A DNA stretch of 64,000 bases from Gemmatimonadota bacterium. GTDB lineage: Bacteria > JBHIER01 > G020348925. The position numbers and the translations under genes are program-made. Where the stretch lies: contig CP070758.1 of assembly GCA_020348925.1 (NCBI GenBank), positions 4,773,775-4,837,774 on the forward strand, read 5' to 3'. Below are positions 1 through 9,430 of this stretch, piece by piece; position 1 is the first letter of the stretch; each line of letters begins with the position of its first letter. The notes under the pieces are model-generated. The model searched no databases. It was not told where the DNA came from and saw only the letters and a program-made list of their open reading frames with translations.

Positions 1-1687
1 TGTCCAACTTATCCACGATGGGTGACAGTCGTCCCGGCCCGCAACCGACGGCTCTGATCCAGCCATCAATAGAAAAACTGCCTCCTCCGAAGTTAAGATC
101 GCTCTGGGAGGGAACGTCCACGTAGTGCGGAGTATAGAAATAGAGAGCCCGGTTACCGACTATCCCGGGGACCGGAACAGGTCCATTTGGCATACCTATA
201 GGCCCGGGTACAGGTGTTCCAACGTTGTTCATACTGGATGAGGGAGGAGGCGCTATGTCGTTGACCGCTATTGCACCCGTTGTCTCATCCAGGGGATACC
301 AGGCGACCATGCACTTCGGCGGTGTGACACACGTATCGGGCACTTCCCTGATGCAGATGCGGTCCACATAGGCATACGTAGTGGAATCCCCGTGATTGAA
401 CGCCGATTGATTCTCCGGACTGATCGTGACGATGGAATAACTTGAAGGAGCAGTCCACGCAGGGAGTGTGAACGTCACCCACTGATTGGGAGTGGTGATG
501 AATGGTGTGATACCCATCGTCACCCCATTGGGATCAGTAGGAGAGGTTAGCAGTACATTTCCCGCTCGGACACGGAATCTTGGCTGATAAGGTCTATTCG
601 GCTCCTGAGCCCATTGCACACACAACGATATTTGGTACGCGCTGCCCTGGGTGAGTGTAACGCCCGTTTGGTGGAGTCCTTCGCCAACAACCAGATTTCC
701 CCACATGGCGACGTAGAAGTTATCCCCGCAGCCGCCATGTGAAGTGGCGACATCGGGTGAACCGTAAGCGGGATTCCATGAGCTCGCCTGTCCTGTTGAA
801 GTCATTGGTCCAACAACTGATCCCTGTTCAAAGCTCCAGTTTTGTAAAATGTTGTTTGGGCATTCCGGTTCGGGTGGACAGTCAGTTCCAAAGGCATCGT
901 TGATGCAGAGAATAGAATCGTTCAGACTAAGAAAGTATATTGTATAGTTCTGTGGAGATGCTCCCCCCGTATTGACTGTAAAAGTCCCAATCGGTACATT
1001 GGTGGCTGCGGCACCTGTAGCAATCGGATTCCCACCACTCTCTGCCCAGGTCACAGAAGAGGGTATCTGTGAGCTTATGATAAACGGACTACTGCTCGTT
1101 GCCGAAAGAATGGTCACCGGGTTTTGAGGTATGAGCTGGATTTTGTAAATGAGAGAAGGATTATTATTGTACTGGAGAGTGATCCCTTGCGTGCAAGGGA
1201 GATGGCCTAGGAGACTGTCGAAAACGTTCACCGAATCACAGGAAAATTGCGGCGGTGTGCAGGCGTCGTCCTGGTTGTCATTGTTGTTATCACCAAGACA
1301 AGTTGTGCCCGCCCCGAGAGGCGTACCGGTGGCATGAAAAATGCAGCACGACGGGTCCAAGTCCTGACAGGAGCCGCCGCGGAAACAGCAGGCCTCGGGT
1401 GGGACACATTGCGATCCGGGGCCCATGGGCGACCCTCCGGCACTCACACAGTTCTGTGGGTTAAGCATCTCGCACGTGTCGCCCAAACAGCACGCCTCGA
1501 GTGCAAGATCGCTCCCGACTAAATCTATTGATGAAGTAACATCGCTGTTCTGGGCAATAACGTTTTGCATTAGGCAACAGAGAAGCAGCAACATCCAGAA
1601 CATGAGTCCGTAGTGACAAAGTCTCTTGCAGCTATGCCGACTTCGTACCGAACTTGCCCGGTCGCAAAAATCGTGTTTCATAGACAT
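1..1687 (-). CDS. Large secreted Cys-rich protein (ACC-type Cys repeats, carbohydrate-binding-like region, LamG/concanavalin-like domain); runs off the window start
   Basis: Manual translation: ATG at 1687 after AAAAGGAG, open for 562 codons to the window edge (absent from ORF track). Signal-like MFWMLLLLCCLMQNVIAQ; repeats EACCLGDTCEML...EACCFRGGSCQDL; NILQNWSFEQG; LamG-like start MVAWYPLDE...FSIDGWIR. An in-frame upstream ATG exists at 1801. Confidence 0.85.
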   Translation of the reverse strand, partial: MSMKHDFCDRASSVRSRHSCKRLCHYGLMFWMLLLLCCLMQNVIAQNSDVTSSIDLVGSDLALEACCLGDTCEMLNPQNCVSAGGSPMGPGSQCVPPEACCFRGGSCQDLDPSCCIFHATGTPLGAGTTCLGDNNNDNQDDACTPPQFSCDSVNVFDSLLGHLPCTQGITLQYNNNPSLIYKIQLIPQNPVTILSATSSSPFIISSQIPSSVTWAESGGNPIATGAAATNVPIGTFTVNTGGASPQNYTIYFLSLNDSILCINDAFGTDCPPEPECPNNILQNWSFEQGSVVGPMTSTGQASSWNPAYGSPDVATSHGGCGDNFYVAMWGNLVVGEGLHQTGVTLTQGSAYQISLCVQWAQEPNRPYQPRFRVRAGNVLLTSPTDPNGVTMGITPFITTPNQWVTFTLPAWTAPSSYSIVTISPENQSAFNHGDSTTYAYVDRICIREVPDTCVTPPKCMVAWYPLDETTGAIAVNDIAPPPSSSMNNVGTPVPGPIGMPNGPVPVPGIVGNRALYFYTPHYVDVPSQSDLNFGGGSFSIDGWIRAVGCGPGRLSPIVDKLD

Positions 1688-2046
1688 ACTCTCTCCTTTT
1701 TGTCCAAACAGCAATGAAAGCCAAATCGTTAGCATACGATGATGTTGTTCTTTTTTATAGTTCTCAAGATAAATACGGCTATCCTGGTTATTTCTCAACA
1801 TTCTCCACGGTCTCCTTTGCTCTTTGAAGAATAAGGTTTTATCCTAATATCCGGTGCTGATCAACCACCAAGATAATGAATAGCTTCGTGCTCACGTTCG
1901 GATCGGCATCCCAACCAATGGATCAAAACTCTTCTTCTCTCATAAACACATGTCTTCTCCTAAATCCCACACAACACGCTTCAGGATTTGTAAAGACGGC
2001 AAATTTCTAAAAACGCAATTCTTATGCCACTATCTTTGCTACCGTC

Positions 2047-2146
2047 NNNNNNNNNNNNNNNNNNNNNNNNNNNNNNNNNNNNNNNNNNNNNNNNNNNNNN
2101 NNNNNNNNNNNNNNNNNNNNNNNNNNNNNNNNNNNNNNNNNNNNNN
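2047..2146. other. 100-N spacer (contig join)
   Basis: Exactly 100 N; reading frames unrelated on each side. Confidence 0.97.
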
Positions 2147-2448
2147 AGATTCATATTGATAATTTCACATGTCTGCAAAAAGCCATCCTCGGCAGGATCG
2201 TCGTCTTGAGCAAAGACTATTCTGGAGTACAGAAGCTGTTTCTCTTCCAGAATTCCGTGAGTGGCCAGATGGATTATCTTGTACTCGCCAGCTCTTTGCT
2301 TCAGATATTCCTCTTTTGCATCCTGTCCGAGAAATTCTTCCGCCGGTCTCATGATCCGCGTGATCTCATGTATCTCCTCCTCCGATTTTGGAAGAGGCTT
2401 GAATACCCATCCAAAACCATAGTCAGATATGAAATAACGGATTCTTTT
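2147..2448 (-). pseudogene. CHAT (caspase HetF-associated) domain fragment, 5'-truncated
   Basis: Frame reads KPLPKSEEEIHEITRIM...IIHLATHG...SRIVFA...DGFLQTCEI, typical of CHAT. In-frame TGA at 2449-2451 upstream; continues into the contig edge. Confidence 0.7.
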
Positions 2449-2655
2449 TCACCTGCTCATGCGACGCTGGAAATCTTCAATCTCATGGGTCAAAAAGTGG
2501 GGACTTTGGTCAGTGAAATGAAAAAAGCCGGGAGATACGAAGTTCCCTGGGCCGGCAGGGATGCCCAGGGCAACCCTGTTCCCAGTGGCATGTATGTCTT
2601 GCACTTACAGGCCGGTGAACAGAAGGCCTCAAGTCGAATGGTTGTCGTGAGGTGA
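2404..2655 (+). pseudogene. Orphan FlgD-Ig/T9SS-like C-terminal domain fragment
   Basis: YPSKTIVRYEI...LEIFNLMGQKVGTLV...GRYEVPWAGRDAQGNPVPSGMYVLHL...RMVVVR*. No signal peptide or cargo upstream, where the sequence is the antisense of the CHAT fragment. Confidence 0.7.
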
Positions 2656-2715
2656 AAACAGAGAATGGCACACAAGGTGACACTACAATCCACTTTCTTG
2701 TGTCGGTAACATCTC

Positions 2716-4680
2716 TTACGTTTCGAGAATGACGTTCACTAAGGTCATCACATCCTGAAGGTCGATGGTCCCATCCTGGTTCACATCGGCGAGTCGCTGG
2801 CGCGTCGGGGTCGGCCCGTATATGCCCAAAATGATGTTCGCTATCCGGACAAGATCGAAAACATCCAGTGTCCCATCACAATTTACATCCCCCATCTGAA
2901 CCTGGGTCTGAAACCAGCCGAAGATGCGCTGAAGCACATCCGCCCTCAGATCGAAGGACCTGGCTATGTTGTGAAATTCGACGATCGCTTCGAAGCCGAT
3001 GGCAAAATAGACGATCTTATAATTGTCAATATAACGAAGCGCCGCCGTGCGATCCGAACCGCGATAGGTGAGTACCGGATAGGCATCCTCCAGGGGTACG
3101 ATCTCGTCCGGACTGTTCTGATTGGCCGCACCGTAATCCCCGCTGACGATGGATAATAGATTCAATTGACCTGCGATGGGATCGTCCGGGACCGGATCCA
3201 GCCAGACATCGTTGCTGCTGTCGGCTACAAACTCGGCACGGAGATAGTCTCTGAGAAAGGATGAACCTTGGAGATCTGAGGCGATGTCCTGACCACTGAT
3301 GAGAAGATTTCCTCCTGCGTCCAAATACGCGGTCAGGACTGCCTCCTCCTCGGGCTTGATGGTGGGATCGGACACGCCGGTGAACCAGATGACGATGTCA
3401 TAAGCTGTCAGGAGGTCCGCAGCCGGAGTTCCGTCTGAAGGTGTGTTCCAGACATGATAGGTCTCACCCCGGTCATATAGGGCCATAGTGTAGAATTTTT
3501 CGGCATTGTAGCCCCAGGGAAGAGCTGAAGGGGAGTGGTCGTCGTTGACGATGAGGATATCCGGTTTGCCGATAAGGATCTCGATCACCTCTCGGGATGA
3601 AGCCTGGCCCCCGTTGGCCCTGACCGTGACGGTTAGATGCGTGTAGTGGACCTCCACGTTCTGACTGACCTGGAGTACAAGGGGTGCGGTGGCGTTGTCG
3701 ACTGTGGAGTTGAGGGGGATGTCCTCGAGTTGGACGTCAGAGGTGAGGATTGAGATATCGGGATCGTCGCTGGTCAGCGTAGCCGAGACGCCTGTGGCCA
3801 GAGGTCCGTAATTTCTGACAGAGAATGTTACGTCGACCATCTCACCCATCTCGAAGTTGGAGTCGCCGTCACCTCCGGTGTCGAGAAGATCCAAGTCGAG
3901 AATTGAGACGGCTGTGAAGATTCGGGACTTTGTTGCCTGGATCACTTCGAAGGTCGAGGTGTCTTGGACGAAGACGACGAAGCCGCAGTGTTCGGGTATC
4001 CATTCGGGATCGAGGGTAAAATTTCGAGAGATATCGAGGGACTGGCCCTCTTGGATGGAGAAGGGCTGGCCGTTGCCGTCAGGGTACATTTTCCGCATGA
4101 CGTGGTCATGGAGCAGAAGCCCGTTCGAGGCCTCGTATTCGATTTCGGATTCGGTCAGGACGAATTGAATGACGACGTCCGGAGAAGAGATCTCCTCCGA
4201 AGATGTAATGTGCGCCTGAACCCTCTCGTCCGATCCGTCGAGATCGAAGCCGAGGGTCATCTCCAGCGGAATCTCTTGTTGACTTCTCTGTTCCAGCAGA
4301 GCAACCCATAACTCCCAGGGATCGTCCATGTCGTAGGCATCATCGTCACCGACCCCGTCGAAAAAGAGGCGGGGCACGTACCACACCTTTTCCCCACTGT
4401 GTTCGGGATAGAAATCGACTCGCGCCTCGTTTTCTTCCCTGTTCGCGTTGTAGAAGGGATCGCTCGGGGACGGCCACCAGACGTGGTAGGAAATGAGGGC
4501 CAGATCTTCAGCGTTCAGCTGTTCAAGGACCGCCACACGGGGGTCCGCCTCCGCACAGCCCCGTCACGACGTGTTGGTGAAAAGCTCTCCCAGGACCATG
4601 CGCCGGGCTGCACCCACAGGGCCGGAGAGAGCACAAGAAAGAGACAGCGAAAGAACGAAGGCGGCCATGCTTCGTGTCAT
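2716..4680 (-). CDS. Secreted Omp28-like (thioredoxin-fold) protein with Ig-like, alpha/beta and C-terminal dockerin domains; predicted selenoprotein (Sec39, URGC), 654 aa
   Basis: ATG 4680 gives signal peptide MTRSMAAFVLSLSLSCALSGPVGA, then RRMVLGELFTNTS-TGA(4564-4566)-RGC, in frame with track ORF 2716..4536. Omp28-like motifs YHVWWP..DPFY, YVPRLFFDG, HDHVMRKM. Dockerin GDVNCDGTLDVFD...ADVNQDGTIDLQD. Confidence 0.88.
4527..4546 (-). promoter_or_regulatory. Putative bacterial SECIS hairpin
   Basis: mRNA GGACC-C-CC-GUGU-GG-C-GGUCC; G-initiated 4-nt apical loop 25 nt after the UGA; identical in the paralog. Confidence 0.75.
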
Positions 4681-4737
4681 GGCCGCCTTGTCTCTTTGAA
4701 TCCAAAAGAGGTGAAAAGAAAATTTCATAGACCTCCA

Positions 4738-6690
4738 TTAGCCGCCCAGAATGATGTTTACCAGGACGATGGCGTCAATGATGTTGATGGCTCCGTCTTC
4801 GTTCACATCAGCCGCCCACGCCTGACCGGGTGTCGGCTGGTGCGTTCCCAAGACGATGTTCACCACCCAGACCACATCAATGATGTCGACGTTCCCGTTT
4901 TCATTCACATCGCCGATCTGAGGCTCAAACTCAAACCAGTCGAAAATTCTCTGAAGGAAATCCGCCCGCATATTGAAGGAATTGGCCACATCGTAGAATT
5001 CGACGAGCGACTCGAACCCAAAGGCGAAGTAGACGAGTCGGTAGTCGTTCATGTACCGGAGAGCTGCCGTACGGCCGGAGTTATAGTACGTAAGTATGGG
5101 CATAGCATCTCCGAGAGGCGCTATCTCGTCCGGGCTGTCCTGGTTGGCCGCCCCGTAATCGCCGCTGGCGAGGGACAGCATGCTCAATTCGCCTGTGATC
5201 GGGTCAGCCGTGGGATTGAGCCAGATGTCGCTGCTGCTGTCGGCCACAAACTCGGCGTGGAGGTAATCGCTGAGAAAGGATGATCCCTGAAGATCGGAAG
5301 CGATATCCTGACCACTGATGATGAGGTTTCCGCCTGCATCGAGATAGGCCGTCAGGACGGCCTCGTCCTCAGGTGTGATGGTGGGATCGGAGGCGCCGGT
5401 GAACCAGATAACGATGTCATAGGATAGCAGGACGTCAGCCCCCGGGGTCTCTACCAATGTGGTGTTCCAGACGTGATAGGTCTCATCCCGGTCGTAGAGG
5501 GCCATTTTGTAGAACCCCTCTGCGTTGTAATCCCAGGGGAAGACCGCAGGGATGTGGTCATCGTTGACGATGAGGATGTTGGGCTTGCCGACGAGGATCT
5601 CGATCTCCTCCTCAAAGGTGACCTGGCCGCCGTTGGCCGTGAGGGTGATGGTTATATCGGTGAAGTGGACCTCAACGTCCTGGCTGACCTGGAAGACGAG
5701 AGGAACAGTTGTATTGTCGACCGTGCCGTTGAGGGGGATGTCGTCGAGCTGAACGTCAGAGGTGAGGATGGAGACGTCTGGATCGTCACAGGTGAGCGTG
5801 GCCGAGACGCCTGTGGCCAAAGGACCGTAATTTCTCACGGAGAAGGTGACGTCCACGCTTTCCCCCTGCTCGAAGTTGCCGTCGCCATCTCCTCCGGAGT
5901 CGATGAGGTCGTATTCGATCACTGAGACCGAGGTGAGGATCCTGGATTTTGTGGCTTGGATGACCTCAAAGGTGGCATTGTCCTGGACGAAGACGACGAA
6001 GCCGCAGTGTTCGGGCATCCAACCGGGATCGAGGGTAAAATCTCGGGAAATATCAAGGTGTTGACCCCCTTGAATAGTGAAAGGTTCGCCGTTGCCGTCC
6101 GGGTACATTTTTCGCATGACGTTGTGATGGATATTGGAGCCGTTTGTCGCCTCATACGCGATCTCTGATTCGGTGAGGACGAAGTGGATGACAACATTCG
6201 GAGCATCGAGGGTCTGTTCAGCAGTGATGTGAGCATGGACGGTGCCGTTCGTACCGTCGAAATCGAAATCGAGGGTCATCTCCAGGGGACTCTCCGTCAG
6301 ATTCCTGTCGGTTATCATGTTGGGCCAGGTGTCATCGTCGTACAAGTATTGGCCGTCGATGAAACCATCGAAGAACATACGCGGAACGTACCAGCCACCT
6401 TCAATAGGATCGTCCGGGTAGAAATTGATTCTCCCCTCGTTCTCTTCGACATTGGCCAAGTAGAACGGATCATCATCGCCCGGCCACCATCCGTGAAACT
6501 CGATGAGGGCCAGGTTTTCAGCGTTGCTCTGATCAAGGACCGCCACACGGGGGTCCGCTTCTCCGCAGCCGCCTCACGATGTGTTCGTGAAGTACTCGCC
6601 CAGGACCATCCGCTCTGCGGATTGTGCCTGGTAGGAGAGAACGGAGACGAGGGCAACTGTGAAGATGAGTCCAATGATCGCCCTTTTCAT
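4738..6690 (-). CDS. Secreted Omp28-like (thioredoxin-fold) protein with dockerin, paralog 2; predicted selenoprotein (Sec39, UGGC), 650 aa
   Basis: RBS GGAGGAGG, ATG 6690, signal peptide MKRAIIGLIFTVALVSVLSYQAQS, then ERMVLGEYFTNTS-TGA(6574-6576)-GGC, in frame with track ORF 4738..6546. Dockerin GDVNENGNVDIID...ADVNEDGAINIID. Confidence 0.9.
6537..6556 (-). promoter_or_regulatory. Putative bacterial SECIS hairpin
   Basis: Same GGACCCCCGTGTGGCGGTCC hairpin at the same 25-nt distance from UGA to loop. Confidence 0.75.
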
Positions 6691-6746
6691 GGTCACCTCC
6701 TCCTTGTGATAGGGTGAAACGTGAAACAGAAACCCCACACCACACC

Positions 6747-6932
6747 TCATCCACCCAGAATAATATTGACGAGAACGACGGCATCAACAATATTGACCGC
6801 GCCGTCCTCATTCACATCCGCCGCCCAGCTTTGTCCGGATGTCGGGGCGTGTGTTCCCAAGATGATGTGGAGAGGGAACAGAGCGGCCGTAACGACCAGC
6901 GCGAGCAGGAGCATAATCACCCTTCTTAAGAT
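6747..6932 (-). pseudogene. Internally deleted third paralog: signal peptide fused to the last ~40 aa of the dockerin
   Basis: AAAGGAGG followed by ATC-TTA (no canonical start at normal spacing). LRRVIMLLLALVVTAALFPL is joined directly to HIILGTHAPTSGQSWAADVNEDGAVNIVDAVVLVNIILGG, which closely matches the C-terminus of 4738..6690. Confidence 0.7.
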
Positions 6933-6989
6933 CGTGCCTCCTTTCGTAAAGAGGTGGGTTGATTGTATCAACGGCTGTAACGAAAACCG

Positions 6990-8450
6990 TTACAGCCTAC
7001 TGAATAATTTGACTTCAATACCTTCAAACTCGGGTTCGAGGCGACATACGCCACCGGCGCAGAGAAAGCCGGCCTGGCGTGAACCGTACATGACAGACAG
7101 GTCATGATTCGGTGATATATTAATATCAAACTTGCCGAAAAGCCAAAGGTTTTTTTCGTCCGGCCTGTTCTGGAGTTTTTCTTGAAGGTCGGACGTGTTG
7201 GTCCACTCCCCTACGAGGCTCAAGGTGTATTTCGGAGAGTGGGCGTATTCCAGCGAGTAGATCTGGTTATCGAACTCACCCAGCAACTCCGAATCCGTGT
7301 GCTGGTGTTGGAAGACGAAGCGGAAACTGTTTACAGGATCGAGAGAATATGTGAACTCAAAAACAGGGGTGATATACGTATCCTGTCTCTGCTTTGAAAG
7401 ACCCAAGGCTCCAATAGTAAAGAAGTCGTCGCTGAAATGATGTTCTATTTCGCCATAAATCTCCTCGTACAGCGTGTTTCCTTCTCCTAAGATCGTTTTG
7501 CCCTCATGATCCTTTGTCAGGCTGTAGTTGGCGAGAAGGGACGTCTTCGGTGTGGGAGAGAAGGTGGCTTCGATCTGTATTCCGGCTTCATCATCGGCAT
7601 TCAGAAGGTACGGATGTCTGTTCAGCAATGTGTACGAATGTTCACGAATGAGAGCCGGTGGATTGTTGTATGTTACAAAATGGTCATCCGACAGGAAGAA
7701 GAAATTATGATAGTATTTGTATTCGCAACTTAATCCGAAACCTGCTGTCGTAAAACTCGTTGAGAAATAGGCTCCAGTGCCTTTAGAATTTGTCTTCTTC
7801 CCGTATTCACCGTAGAGATCCAACATCCACGTCTCCTGTGAAAGGGAAAGCTGCGTTCTCCCCGAGGTGATCTCCGCCTTCTGGCGAAGATTCGGACTGT
7901 TGCTCACATAACTGCCGCCGAATGCTACTCCATCCAACAGATTCAGGTTAAGATCAGCCCCATGTATCAGGTCTGTCCTTTGATCTGAAGGGCCTTCGGG
8001 TCTGCCGGAGAGAAAGGTGGCTGAAAGCCGATCGTAGCTGACATCGAACTTCACCCCTTCCAGATTATTATCGACACGGATATCACGATCCTCGTATGTG
8101 CGAAGGGTCATTCCTCTACCGAACATGGCGTAGTAATTACCGACGCGAGCCTGGATATTATCGTGATGATATTCAAAATAACGAAAGGTGATCCCCTCTT
8201 CCACAGGGTCAGTCCCGGGGAACTGTAAGGATGGGTCTTTGGGCTGATAGAGCTCCATTCTCAATCCTGCGGTGAAATTGTCGAAGTAGAAGTCGGCATC
8301 GAGCCAGTTCTCGAGAATCTCATCGTTCGTCTCTGTGGAAAAGGAGTATTCCATGTGGTTGGCCAGGCTGGTCGTCAGACCGCCAAACATCTGGGCCTTG
8401 AGTGGCAGAGACAATGCCGTGAGTACCATCAGCATGAATACAAGCAGGAA
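6990..8450 (-). CDS. DUF6029-like outer-membrane beta-barrel protein (N-terminus at contig edge)
   Basis: Signal peptide remnant FLLVFMLMVLTALSLPLKA, amphipathic strands, RVGNYYAMFGRGMTLR and C-terminal GSRQAGFLCAGGVCRLEPEFEG (CxGGVCR), which I recognise as DUF6029-family motifs. Confidence 0.75.
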   Translation of the reverse strand, partial: FLLVFMLMVLTALSLPLKAQMFGGLTTSLANHMEYSFSTETNDEILENWLDADFYFDNFTAGLRMELYQPKDPSLQFPGTDPVEEGITFRYFEYHHDNIQARVGNYYAMFGRGMTLRTYEDRDIRVDNNLEGVKFDVSYDRLSATFLSGRPEGPSDQRTDLIHGADLNLNLLDGVAFGGSYVSNSPNLRQKAEITSGRTQLSLSQETWMLDLYGEYGKKTNSKGTGAYFSTSFTTAGFGLSCEYKYYHNFFFLSDDHFVTYNNPPALIREHSYTLLNRHPYLLNADDEAGIQIEATFSPTPKTSLLANYSLTKDHEGKTILGEGNTLYEEIYGEIEHHFSDDFFTIGALGLSKQRQDTYITPVFEFTYSLDPVNSFRFVFQHQHTDSELLGEFDNQIYSLEYAHSPKYTLSLVGEWTNTSDLQEKLQNRPDEKNLWLFGKFDINISPNHDLSVMYGSRQAGFLCAGGVCRLEPEFEGIEVKLFSRL

Positions 8451-8550
8451 NNNNNNNNNNNNNNNNNNNNNNNNNNNNNNNNNNNNNNNNNNNNNNNNNN
8501 NNNNNNNNNNNNNNNNNNNNNNNNNNNNNNNNNNNNNNNNNNNNNNNNNN
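8451..8550. other. 100-N spacer (contig join)
   Basis: Exactly 100 N. Confidence 0.97.
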
Positions 8551-8832
8551 AACGGCAGCCCCATCGCCGACACAAGTTATGACGACACCGATCTCTCAGG
8601 TGGGGACTACACCTACCTCCTCAGGGCCCTCGATACCTACGGCCTCGAGAGCGGCCCCTCGGCCGCCGTGAGCGCCTCGGTTACCGCCTCTTCCGACTCC
8701 TCAAGCTCCAGCTCCGGTGGGTGCTTCATGACGACGGCCAGAAACGCTGGTCCCTTCCGGGGAACCGACGAGGTTCCTCTGCCTTTTGTTCTCGCAATCG
8801 GCGCCTTGGCTTGGATGGTCCGGCGGAATTAG
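8551..8832 (+). CDS. C-terminus of a surface protein: FN3-like strand plus GGCF-type (CFI-box-CTERM-like) sorting tail
   Basis: TSYDDTDLSGGDYTYLLRALDTYGLESGPS (FN3-like), Ser linker, GGCFMTTA, hydrophobic VPLPFVLAIGALAWMV and RRN*. Confidence 0.7.
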   Translation, partial: NGSPIADTSYDDTDLSGGDYTYLLRALDTYGLESGPSAAVSASVTASSDSSSSSSGGCFMTTARNAGPFRGTDEVPLPFVLAIGALAWMVRRN

Positions 8833-9430
8833 GCGACTCAATCCTACCTCAAAAGAGAATCCATTTTCTTGTCTACATTTCCGTACTGCCAATTTCAGTT
8901 TCTTGAAGTCCTATCAATATCCTTATATAGTGCCCCCGTTAAGTTATTGAAAAGCAATATGCCCTATGTGGCTCCGCGTGCTTGGCTCGAGTCCGCGATA
9001 CGCGTGATCCTTTCGATCATTTGAATCATGAACATTTGAATTTGTTGGATGCTTCGGGTTTCGAGTTTCAGATTTGATTGCGGCTTCGCCGCGCTGCGGT
9101 CTCCGATACTACGTGTTCTGGATCCGACTCTGACGCGAGGGCTCGACGAAGACCTCGAATTCTCGCAAGTTTTTTCATGCTTCAGGAAAAAATGTCCGTT
9201 GAATATGAAAGAGAGGTGTTTTTGGGCGGACCGGTCGCATGACTGGTCTGAGACTTTTGTGAAATCCATTTTGAAAACAAAGGATTAGCTGTTGTTCTCC
9301 TTTAGGCTTTTTCAACTCTTCTTCAAAGACACTGGAATGGAAATTGCTACCTAAGCCCATGATATTCTATGCGTATTTGCTCTGAAACATCCTCTCATTC
9401 GCGTGGCCTTTGGTTATTACCGAGGGGCGA

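Noticed and set aside
4564-6576. Genome-wide TGA reassignment (code 4/25) or independent nonsense mutations as explanation of the in-frame TGAs
   Set aside because: TGA ends many normal genes (metF, bamA, lysS), RF2 is present, and Trp is encoded by TGG. The same codon position in two diverged, otherwise intact paralogs plus a conserved hairpin argues against pseudogenes.
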